Assembly: GCA_963753225.1 (NCBI GenBank)
Contig: CAVWBQ010000013.1
Span: 167,041 to 231,040, forward strand
Direction: 5' to 3'
DNA from: an uncultured Actinomycetota bacterium
Lineage (GTDB): Bacteria; Actinomycetota; Actinomycetes; Streptosporangiales; Streptosporangiaceae
Length of the DNA: 64,000 nucleotides
A model generated the notes under the pieces. That model saw only the letters and a list, made by a program, of their open reading frames with translations. It did not search any database and was not told the DNA's origin. Each line of letters opens with the position of its first letter. Within the stretch, counting starts at the first letter, position 1. Positions 40,534 to 48,043 of this stretch are shown here, piece by piece. The translations under genes and the position numbers were made by a program.

Positions 40534-41987
40534 GGGCGAGGCGCCTGGCGATCGCCGCGGGGATAGGCGCCGTCTCGGTCGCCGCGCTGACGCTGCTGCG
40601 GGGCAGGCAGGCTAGGAAGCTTAGGTTCAAGCGGGGCATGGCGACGGTGCGGCTGGCGGTGCGCGGCGGCGCGCGCTACGCGACCAGCGCGCCCCGGCTG
40701 TTCGCCAGCGCGGGCGAGCACCGGGAGGCACTGCGCAACGACCTGGCCCTGCAGACCGCCGAGGACGTCGCCGCCACCCTGGGGACGATGAAGGGCGTGC
40801 TGATGAAGCTGGGCCAGATGGCCAGCTACGTCGGCGACGGCCTGTCCCCCGCCGCCCGGCGGACGCTGAGCCGGCTGCAGGACAGCGTGCCCCCGATGAG
40901 CCCGGAACTGGCCGCCCAGGTCATCACCGAGGAGCTGGGCCAGCCGCCGGACCGGGTCTTTGCCACCTGGGACCCCAACCCCATCGCGGCCGCCTCGATC
41001 GGGCAGGTGCACCGCGCGATCACCCAGGACGGCCGCGCCGTCGCGGTCAAGGTGCAATACCCGGGCATCGCCGAGACGATCGAGGCGGACCTGGGCAACG
41101 TCGCGCTGCTGCGCCGGATGCTCAAGATCACCGCGCCGATGCAGGACGTGGACGCGCTGCTGGCCGAGCTGCGGGAACGCGTCACCGAGGAACTCGACTA
41201 CCGGCGGGAGGCCCGGAACCAGCAGATGTTCGCGCGCTACTACGCCGGCCACCCCACCATTAGCGTGCCCGGCATCGTGCCCGAACTGTCCACCCGCCGG
41301 GTAGTGACCGGCGAGCTGGCCGACGGCGCGCGGTTCGCCGAGCTCGCCACCTGGTCGCAGGCCGAACGCGACCTGGCCGCCGAGACGATCTACCGCTTCG
41401 TGTTCCGCAGCCTGTACGGGGCGCACGCGTTCAACGGTGACCCGCACCCGGGGAACTACCTCTTCCACCCCGGCGGGCGGGTCACCTTCCTGGATTTCGG
41501 CCTGGTCAAGTACTTCACCGCCGATGAGCTCCAGCCTCTGGTCGCGATGGTCAAGCACCTGTGCGTGGACGGCGACCCGGAGGGCTTCCGCCGCGCGATG
41601 GAGGACGCGGGCTTCCTGATGCACGGCGCGCCGCTGCCCACGGACATGATCGTCGAGCACATGGCGGTGTTCTACAACACGGTCCGCGAGCGGGGCCCGC
41701 GGACCATGACCGGAGCCTACGCCTCGGCGGTGACCAGGCGCTTCTTCGACTTCCGCAGCCCGCTCGCGGCCTACGTGCAGATCCCCAGGTCATACGTGAT
41801 CCTGCAGCGGATCAACCTGGGCCTGTTCGCGCTCCTCGGCGAGCTGTCCGCGACCGCGGACTGGCGCTGCGTCGCCGAGGAGATCTGGCCGTTCGTCCAG
41901 GGGACACCGTGTACCCCGATGGGTGCCGCCGAGGCCGAGTGGCGTGCCACCAGGACCAGGGCGGGCGACCTCAGGCCGTTCGGCTAG
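40530..41987 (+). CDS. ABC1/AarF/UbiB-family atypical protein kinase
   Basis: 485 aa: LGTMKGVLMKLGQMAS....LSP.......LQD.VPPMS...PIAAASIGQVHRA....GR.VAVKVQYPGI...I.ADL...DPHPGNYLF. GTGA overlap with the preceding gene. Confidence 0.9.
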   Translation: MRARRLAIAAGIGAVSVAALTLLRGRQARKLRFKRGMATVRLAVRGGARYATSAPRLFASAGEHREALRNDLALQTAEDVAATLGTMKGVLMKLGQMASYVGDGLSPAARRTLSRLQDSVPPMSPELAAQVITEELGQPPDRVFATWDPNPIAAASIGQVHRAITQDGRAVAVKVQYPGIAETIEADLGNVALLRRMLKITAPMQDVDALLAELRERVTEELDYRREARNQQMFARYYAGHPTISVPGIVPELSTRRVVTGELADGARFAELATWSQAERDLAAETIYRFVFRSLYGAHAFNGDPHPGNYLFHPGGRVTFLDFGLVKYFTADELQPLVAMVKHLCVDGDPEGFRRAMEDAGFLMHGAPLPTDMIVEHMAVFYNTVRERGPRTMTGAYASAVTRRFFDFRSPLAAYVQIPRSYVILQRINLGLFALLGELSATADWRCVAEEIWPFVQGTPCTPMGAAEAEWRATRTRAGDLRPFG

Positions 41988-43423
41988 AAATTACCGAACT
42001 GCGGGAACAGGTTGAACGGCCGCAGGTACCTGGTCGGTGAGAAGCTGATGAAGGCCGGATCGGTCGGGACGATCTTGCCGCCCGAGGAGAAGATGTTGAG
42101 CTGCGGGCCGAGCGCCGCGGCCTGGGCGTTCATCGCGGCCGGGCTGGGCACATGCCACCGCCCGGTGGCCAGGCGGTTCTCCAGCGTCTGGACCGCGGCG
42201 ACGGTCTCGGCCGGGGTAAACGCGCAGTGCCCGGCGCGGTGCACGAAGACCTGGCGGAGCAGGCTGGCGCGGCCGGCCCGGTCGACGGCGCTGCGGTACG
42301 CCTGCTCGTTCTCCGGCACCACCAGCCCGTCGCCCGTGGTGTGCATCGTGAGCACCGGGACCGAGATGCTGCCATTGAAGGCGATGTTCTTGATCAGGTA
42401 GGCCTCGGCGTTCGGGTTGGCCTTGACCCGCGGCGAGTTGTTCAGCGTCAGCAGGTCCTTGGTCAGGCTGAGCCCGGCCGCCTGGTAGAGCGCCACGACC
42501 TCCTTGAAGTCGGCGGACTTGGCCAGGTCGGCGAAGTAGTTCACGCCGGTGTTCCAGGACGGGTTGCCGCCGGCCCGGCCCTCGAGTTCGGCGCGGAAGG
42601 CGAAGACGAACGGGAAGGTCACCTGCGATCCCCACAGGAACTGGTTCGCTTCCTGGGCGGCGTAGTCGGTGGCGGCGGGTTCGGGCGACAGCGGGGTGAA
42701 CCAGCCGGGGGTGTCGCCCAGCGCCGAGACCAGTGCGAGGCGGGCCCGGCCCTGCGCGTTCTGCTGGGCCGAGGCCCCCGCGGTCTCGGCAGCCTGCAGG
42801 TTGGCCGTGGGGTTGGTGATGTTGACGACCTGGACCGCGGGGTCGATCAGCTTCTGGAACGCGAACTCCGCGTCGAGCGCGGTGTTCCAGGTGGCCACGC
42901 CGCCGGACAGCACGCCACACATGGGCAGCGCGGCGTCGAACCGCTTCGGGTAGTCCTGCAGCAGCCCGGCGGTGATGATGCCACCCAGCGAGTGCCCCCA
43001 GGCGACCGTCGTCTTGGGCTGGCCGTAGAGGCTGCCGAAGGCGTCCAGCGTGTTGATCTGGTCGGGCAGTGCCTGCGCGATGGCCCAGCCGGTGCTGGCG
43101 TAGGACGAGCCCGCGAGCGCGTAGCCGTGGCCGAGCATCCAGGCCGCGGTGGCCGGGTCGCCGACGTCCTGGGCCGGGTTGCTGCTGCCTGGCGTGACGT
43201 AGCCGTGGCTGTAGAGGTACAGCGTTCCGTTCCAGGCGCCGGGCGGGCACTGGAGCAGGTACGTCGCGCCGTCGCCCAGCTTCCCGTTGACCGTGGTCAC
43301 CGCGCCGGAACCGCCGCAGGTTGACGACGAGGCGGACGCCGCGCCTGCCGTGATCGCGGTAAGTCCGCCGATGGCCAGCCCGGCGGTAAGCACCAACCCG
43401 GCAATTTTCTTCGACCGCACCAT
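41984..43423 (-). CDS. secreted alpha/beta-hydrolase-fold protein
   Basis: Signal peptide is MVRSKKIAGLVLTAGLAIGGLTAITAGAASA. The nucleophile elbow is WGHSLGG. ATG 43423 is preferred over the track start at 43501. Its stop shares the tetranucleotide ctag (41984-87) with the convergent kinase gene. Confidence 0.72.
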   Translation of the reverse strand: MVRSKKIAGLVLTAGLAIGGLTAITAGAASASSSTCGGSGAVTTVNGKLGDGATYLLQCPPGAWNGTLYLYSHGYVTPGSSNPAQDVGDPATAAWMLGHGYALAGSSYASTGWAIAQALPDQINTLDAFGSLYGQPKTTVAWGHSLGGIITAGLLQDYPKRFDAALPMCGVLSGGVATWNTALDAEFAFQKLIDPAVQVVNITNPTANLQAAETAGASAQQNAQGRARLALVSALGDTPGWFTPLSPEPAATDYAAQEANQFLWGSQVTFPFVFAFRAELEGRAGGNPSWNTGVNYFADLAKSADFKEVVALYQAAGLSLTKDLLTLNNSPRVKANPNAEAYLIKNIAFNGSISVPVLTMHTTGDGLVVPENEQAYRSAVDRAGRASLLRQVFVHRAGHCAFTPAETVAAVQTLENRLATGRWHVPSPAAMNAQAAALGPQLNIFSSGGKIVPTDPAFISFSPTRYLRPFNLFPQFGNF

Positions 43424-43567
43424 CAACCCCACGCTCCCCAGCGCAGCTGACCCTGGACGAAAGTAACTTACCGGCAGGTCAGGCGAACGGGTAGATGTCA
43501 CCCCGGATTGGCTGAAACTACACGGAAACTACGCTGAATCGCGTCCTTGACGACGGGGGCGCCCCCT

Positions 43568-44317
43568 TTACGACCCGGCCGGTATGCGGTATACAGCCCG
43601 CAGCTCCGCGGCCTGGCCGGCGGGCAGTCGGCGCACGGCTTCGGTGAAGGTCACGCCGGACATCTGAGCCAGGTGGCTCCGCGTCCACGCGGCGACGTAG
43701 GCCGGGTCTTTCTTCGCCGTCTCGCGCAGTACCCAGCCGATCGCCTTCCTGATGAAGAACTCCTTCTCGGCCAGCATCGGCGTAGCGTACCGCTCGAACC
43801 GCTCGCGGTCGAGCCCGCCCCGCCTGACCCCGGGCAGCAGCGTGAGCAGGGCCGACCGGCGGACCCAGAAGTCCTCGTCGGTCGCCCACTCATCGATCAG
43901 CGGCCAGGCCGCCGGGTGCAGTAGCGCGACCGGGCCCGCGATGTCCCCGGCGAGCGGGTCCACGTAGGCCCAGCTGTGCGCCTGACGCACCCACGCCTCC
44001 ACCAGGGCCAGGTCGGCGGGCCGCAGGCCCCGCACGTGACGGCGCAGGACCTCGATGGCCGCGGTCCGCCGCTCGTGCACGGGCTCGCGCCACAGCGCAC
44101 GGGCCCAGGCCAGCGCTTCGTCCCGGCCGAGGCCGCGAAGAGAGCGGTCGGCCTCGACGACGGCGGCCCGGATGCCAGGCACGCCGACGCCGAGGAAAGC
44201 CAGGTCGCTCTTGAGGTATCTCTTCGCCTGCCCGGCCCGTTCCGGGTCGGCCAGCGGGCGCAGAGCCGCCATCACCGTGCTCGCGGCCGCTTCCGCGTCG
44301 AAGGCCGCACTGGTCAC
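43568..44317 (-). CDS. DNA alkylation repair protein (AlkD-like HEAT-repeat family)
   Basis: ...AKRYLKSDLAFLGVGVPGIRAAV...WREPVHERR.AAIE.L...EDFWVRRSALLTLL...EKEFFIRKAIGWVLRE. The start is uncertain: GTG 44317 is favoured, and the track ORF runs to 44467. Confidence 0.75.
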   Translation of the reverse strand: MTSAAFDAEAAASTVMAALRPLADPERAGQAKRYLKSDLAFLGVGVPGIRAAVVEADRSLRGLGRDEALAWARALWREPVHERRTAAIEVLRRHVRGLRPADLALVEAWVRQAHSWAYVDPLAGDIAGPVALLHPAAWPLIDEWATDEDFWVRRSALLTLLPGVRRGGLDRERFERYATPMLAEKEFFIRKAIGWVLRETAKKDPAYVAAWTRSHLAQMSGVTFTEAVRRLPAGQAAELRAVYRIPAGS

Positions 44318-44405
44318 CGGCACACGGTACCGCGGGCGTGCTTCGACCGGCGTCGCAACGTTTCGCCGCGAGAATGTGTTATCTGAGCTGAGGGAGGTTC
44401 GGTCC

Positions 44406-45023
44406 ATGCCACGGCAGAACCGGGTGACGCCGCACGGGGAACTGCTCGCCGTGCCCGATCGCGGCATGTTCTGGGGTAACCGCGGCCCGCTGCTGGACCA
44501 CGCGGGCCGGCTGGCCCGCTACTCCCGCGGGCAGGCCTGGGCCATCTGCGTGCTCTCGTTCAAGGGGCGGCGCCGACAGCAGTGGAGGCCGGGGCGGCTG
44601 ACCGAGTTGTACTTCCTCGACGAGGCCACCGGGCTGGCCGCCGGGCACCGGCCCTGCGGGGAATGCCGTTACCGGGAGTACCAGGCGTTCAAGCGGGCCT
44701 GGGCGGACGCCGCCGGCGGCGGCTCGGCCGGCGCCCCGGAGATCGACGAGCGACTGCACGCCGACCGGCTGGCCGGGCCCGGCGTGCGGCGCACCTACCG
44801 GGCGCCGCTGGCCGGGCTCCCTTCCGGGACCATAGTGAACCTCGGCGGAGCGCCCTGGCTGGTGCACGACGGACGGCTGCTGGCCTGGACGCCAGGCGGT
44901 TACCGGCAGCGCCCGGTCGAGGTGCTCGCCGGCCCGGTGACGGTGATCACCCCGCGGGCCACCGTGGCCGTGCTGGCGGCGGGGTACCAGCCGGTGCTTC
45001 ACCCGAGCGCGCTAGCCGCCTAG
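44406..45023 (+). CDS. conserved hypothetical protein
   Basis: 205 aa from MPRQNRVTPHGELLAVPDRGMFWGNRGPLLD... with a CGECRYREY motif. The upstream part of the 322-aa track ORF overlaps the divergent gene and looks like shadow. Confidence 0.5.
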   Translation: MPRQNRVTPHGELLAVPDRGMFWGNRGPLLDHAGRLARYSRGQAWAICVLSFKGRRRQQWRPGRLTELYFLDEATGLAAGHRPCGECRYREYQAFKRAWADAAGGGSAGAPEIDERLHADRLAGPGVRRTYRAPLAGLPSGTIVNLGGAPWLVHDGRLLAWTPGGYRQRPVEVLAGPVTVITPRATVAVLAAGYQPVLHPSALAA

Positions 45024-45044
45024 CCGCCTAGCCGCCTAGCCGCC
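45013..45044. repeat. 8-bp tandem repeat x4 (tagccgcc) spanning the stop codon of 44406..45023
   Basis: Four perfect, contiguous copies. Because 8 is not a multiple of 3, the TAGs fall in all three frames. Confidence 0.9.
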
Positions 45045-45059
45045 GGGAGCCTGGCCTGG

Positions 45060-45857
45060 TCATACTCGCAGGACCAGCCCGTCGTGTGCCGTCTCGCAGC
45101 AGGCCTGCTCCTGGCGCCCGAGCATGTCGGCGGACATGTGGGTCAGCACCGTGCGCCGGGCGGTGAGCTCGTCCCGGCGGGCGGCGAGATCCGCGTGCCG
45201 CAGGTGATGCGGCACGGCCTTGTCCCAGTAGTACGCCTCGGCGATGAGCAGGTCCGCGCCGGCCGCGGCCGCGGCGATCGCGGGCGTCCAGGCGGTGTCG
45301 CCCGTATAGGCGATGATCCTGTCGCCGAGGGTCAGCCGCAGGATCAGGGCCGGGGCGCCGCTGGGGTGGCTGGCCTGGAAGGCCTGCGCCCGCACCCCGG
45401 CCGCCACGGTGGCGGAACCGCCCGGGCGCAGCTCAGTCACCTCGACCGCGAACCGGCGCCGTACCCGGGAGGAGCCGGGGAACATGCACTCCATCGCCTC
45501 GGCGAGCCGCTGGCCGGTGCCGGCCGGGCCGGCCACGACCAGGGGCGCGGTGCGCCCGGCGAACTGAGCGTCGAGGATCAGGAACGGCAGCCCGCCGAAA
45601 TGGTCTCCGTGCAGGTGCGAGACGAACACGGCGGCGATCCCGCCCGGGTCAAGGCCGCACCGCCGCAGCGCGGGCAGCGACGTCGCGCCGCAGTCCAGCA
45701 GCACCGGGGCGACCCCAGCGACCCCGGCGGGCCCGGCCGGCCCGGCCGGCCCGGCCGACTGCAGGTGGATGCAGGCCTGGAAGCGGCCCCCGCTGCCGAA
45801 CGCGTCGCCGGAGCCGGCGAAGGTCACCGTGACCCCGGCCGGGTCCGGGCTAGCCAC
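45060..45857 (-). CDS. MBL-fold metallo-hydrolase
   Basis: VTVTFAGSGDAFGSGGR...LLDCG...VFVSHLHGDHFGGLP (HxHxDH)...YTGDT...THM. GTG 45857 overlaps the MarR 3' end by 8 nt. Confidence 0.82.
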   Translation of the reverse strand: MASPDPAGVTVTFAGSGDAFGSGGRFQACIHLQSAGPAGPAGPAGVAGVAPVLLDCGATSLPALRRCGLDPGGIAAVFVSHLHGDHFGGLPFLILDAQFAGRTAPLVVAGPAGTGQRLAEAMECMFPGSSRVRRRFAVEVTELRPGGSATVAAGVRAQAFQASHPSGAPALILRLTLGDRIIAYTGDTAWTPAIAAAAAGADLLIAEAYYWDKAVPHHLRHADLAARRDELTARRTVLTHMSADMLGRQEQACCETAHDGLVLRV

Positions 45858-46326
45858 CGAACCAGCCGGGGACGTCGAGCCGGAACGTCTCGCCCGGCAC
45901 CATGGTCCGCAGCCCGGCTTCCAGCCCGGCCAGGCGGTCGGCGCCCAGCGTGCCTGCCCACCGTGACCGGATGTCATCGAAGATCATCGCGGACAAGGCG
46001 AGAACTTCGACGCCACGCGGGGTGAGGCGGGCCAGCCTGCGCCGCCGGTCGGCGTCATCGCCGGCGCGCTGCACGTAGCCGAGTTCCTCGAGCCGGTCGA
46101 TGGTCTTGCCCGCCGCCTGCTTGGAGATTCCGAGACGGCGGCCCGTCTCGGTGGCGGTGGCCCCGCCCGGGCCTATCGCCTGCAGCGCGAAGCCGTGCGC
46201 CGGGCGCACATCGGGATGGCCGCGGCGGGCCAGTTCGGCGTGCAGCTCGTCGATGATCGACCGGAACCCTCCGAACAGCAGCAGCGGCAGCTCGAAGCCG
46301 TAGGTGTCATTTGACATGATGGACAA
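45850..46326 (-). CDS. MarR-family transcriptional regulator
   Basis: 158 aa: FALQAIGPGGATATETGRRLGISKQAAGKTIDRLEELGYVQRAGDDADRRRRLARLTPRG. Confidence 0.9.
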   Translation of the reverse strand: MSIMSNDTYGFELPLLLFGGFRSIIDELHAELARRGHPDVRPAHGFALQAIGPGGATATETGRRLGISKQAAGKTIDRLEELGYVQRAGDDADRRRRLARLTPRGVEVLALSAMIFDDIRSRWAGTLGADRLAGLEAGLRTMVPGETFRLDVPGWFGG

Positions 46327-46341
46327 CCTTGTTTACTGTTT

Positions 46342-46360
46342 TAGACAACCTAGTTGTCTA
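46342..46360. promoter_or_regulatory. perfect 8-bp inverted repeat tagacaac-cta-gttgtcta; candidate operator of the adjacent MarR
   Basis: It lies in the 52-bp divergent intergenic region between the MarR gene (start 46326) and the CMD-GNAT gene (start 46379). A further gacaac half-site lies at 46322-27. Confidence 0.5.
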
Positions 46361-46378
46361 CCTTACCGGAGATAGACC

Positions 46379-47602
46379 ATGTCTGCTGACGTCATGCCCG
46401 GCTCCTCCTTCACCGAGCACGGTGTCTCTACCGGGCACAGTGTCCCTACCGGGCACAGTGTCTCTACCGGGCACAGCGCCTTCACCGAGCACAGCATCGA
46501 GTCCGCGCCGCCGGCCGCCCGCCGGTTCATGTCCGCGACCAGGAACCACCTGGGCTACCTCCCGGCGGCCATGGCCCGGATGGCGGCGTCGCCGGAGCTC
46601 ATGGACGGTTTCCTGAAGCTCACCGCGATCTTCGAGAACACTTCGCTCGAGCCTGTGGCGCGCGAGGTGCTGGTCATGACGGTAGCCACGAGGAACCGCT
46701 GTCACATCTGCGTGGCCATGCACACGGCCAGGCTCACCGCTCTCGGCGCCGACCCCGGGCTCATCGCGGCGCTGCGCGACCCGGACCGCGCCGAGCCGCT
46801 CCCGGACGAGCGCCTCAACGCGGTCCGCGTGTTCACCGTGCGGGTCCTCGACACCGCGGGCGACGTCGGCGACCGGGCGCTGCGCGACTTCCTGGCCGCC
46901 GGCTACACGACCCAGAATGCGCTCGAGGTCGTGCTCGGCGTCGGCACCTACACGATGTCCACCCTGGCCAACCGGCTCACCGGCGCGCCCGTGGACGACC
47001 AGTTGGCCGCATACGCCTGGGCGTTATCGTGCAGCATGACGCAAAACGATGGTGACGCGCGGGTGACGCTGCGCCCGCTGGGACCGGGCGACCAGGACGA
47101 GTTCGTCACGCGGGCGCGGGCCAGCGTGAAACTGCACCATCCGTGGTACTCCATGCCCACGACACCCAAGGAGTTCCGGACCTACCTGGCCAAGTTCAGC
47201 CAGCCGACCGCCGAGGGGTTCCTGGTCTGCCTGCGCGACGGCGGCACGCTGGCCGGCATGGTCACCATCGACTCGATCATCCGGGGACGCTACCAGTCCG
47301 CCAGCTTGAGCTACGCGGCGTTCGCGGCCGGGGCCGGGCGGGGCTACATGTCCGAGGGGGTGGCCCTGGTGCTGCGGTACGCGTTCAGCGAGTTGCGGCT
47401 GCACCGGCTCGAGGCCAGCATCCAGCCGGCCAACCAGGCCTCGCTGCGACTGGTCGGCCGGCTGGCTTTCCGCAAGGAGGGCTACTCACCCGCCATGCTG
47501 TTCATCGACGGCGCCTGGCGAGACCATGAGCGGTGGGCCATCACCCGCGAGATGACAGATTTCCCTCCGGTCGACCCGCACCCCACCCTCCCCACCCGCT
47601 GA
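46379..47602 (+). CDS. carboxymuconolactone-decarboxylase (AhpD-like) domain fused in frame to a RimJ/RimL-type GNAT acetyltransferase domain
   Basis: CMD part: REVLVMTVATRNRCHICVAMHTARL. GNAT part from MTQNDGDARVTLRPLGPGD...GRGYMSEGVALVLRYAFSELRLHRLEASIQPAN.AS..L. There is no stop between them. Alternative starts are ATG 46529 (CMD) and ATG 47036 (GNAT). Confidence 0.72.
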   Translation: MSADVMPGSSFTEHGVSTGHSVPTGHSVSTGHSAFTEHSIESAPPAARRFMSATRNHLGYLPAAMARMAASPELMDGFLKLTAIFENTSLEPVAREVLVMTVATRNRCHICVAMHTARLTALGADPGLIAALRDPDRAEPLPDERLNAVRVFTVRVLDTAGDVGDRALRDFLAAGYTTQNALEVVLGVGTYTMSTLANRLTGAPVDDQLAAYAWALSCSMTQNDGDARVTLRPLGPGDQDEFVTRARASVKLHHPWYSMPTTPKEFRTYLAKFSQPTAEGFLVCLRDGGTLAGMVTIDSIIRGRYQSASLSYAAFAAGAGRGYMSEGVALVLRYAFSELRLHRLEASIQPANQASLRLVGRLAFRKEGYSPAMLFIDGAWRDHERWAITREMTDFPPVDPHPTLPTR

Positions 47603-47612
47603 GGATGACTTC

Positions 47613-47920
47613 AACCGCCATGATGTGACATCGTGACGGTTAGCTTAGGTAAGCTTAGCTAACTGCGCGTCAGTTATTAACACGCGGGTTTGATCTCGGG
47701 TGCGAGCGGGCGGGCGGTAGCCGCGGCGGCGGTGCGGGGCGGCGGTAGCCGCGGCGGTACGGGGCGGCGGTTCTGGGTCGAAGTGCCGGTGGTCCGGTTC
47801 TAGCCGGACCAACGGCCCATCGACCCAGCGGCTACCACATCAGCGCGCCAGAAATCCCGAAGCGACGGGTTATTTTAAGACGCGCGCTTATAACCGCAAC
47901 GATGTGACATCGTGGCGGTT
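47613..47920. repeat. copy B (uninterrupted) of the long-palindrome repeat element
   Basis: Terminal near-palindromic hairpins: aaccgccatgatgt-g-acatcgtgacggtt (47613-41) and aaccgcaacgatgt-g-acatcgtggcggtt (47892-920). The two arms are imperfectly complementary to each other around the apex ggtccgg-ttctag-ccggacc (47791-47810). The left arm carries an internal tandem duplication of about 26 bp (about 47712-47764). Confidence 0.85.
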
Positions 47921-48001
47921 GCGGAGGTGCGGCGGGAGTGGCTCGTGTAAACGGAAGAGGTGCGAGTGGCAGGGGGCGCGCGGGAGGATGCAAGAAGGCG
48001 G

Positions 48002-48043
48002 CTGGGGTCAGCCGACGTAGAACTGGGGTCAGCCGACGTAGAA
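48002..48043. repeat. perfect 21-bp tandem duplication spanning the mraY stop codon
   Basis: ctggggtcagccgacgtagaa occurs at 48002-48022 and again at 48023-48043. In the mraY sense this reads TTCTACGTCGGCTGAccccag x2, the last four codons plus the stop plus 6 nt. Confidence 0.95.

Noticed and set aside
43553-43564. GGGGGCGCCCCC palindrome followed by TTT as an intrinsic terminator
   Set aside because: The stem is too short once a loop is allowed. On the strand of the gene that ends next to it (43568, minus), the U-tract would be on the wrong side.
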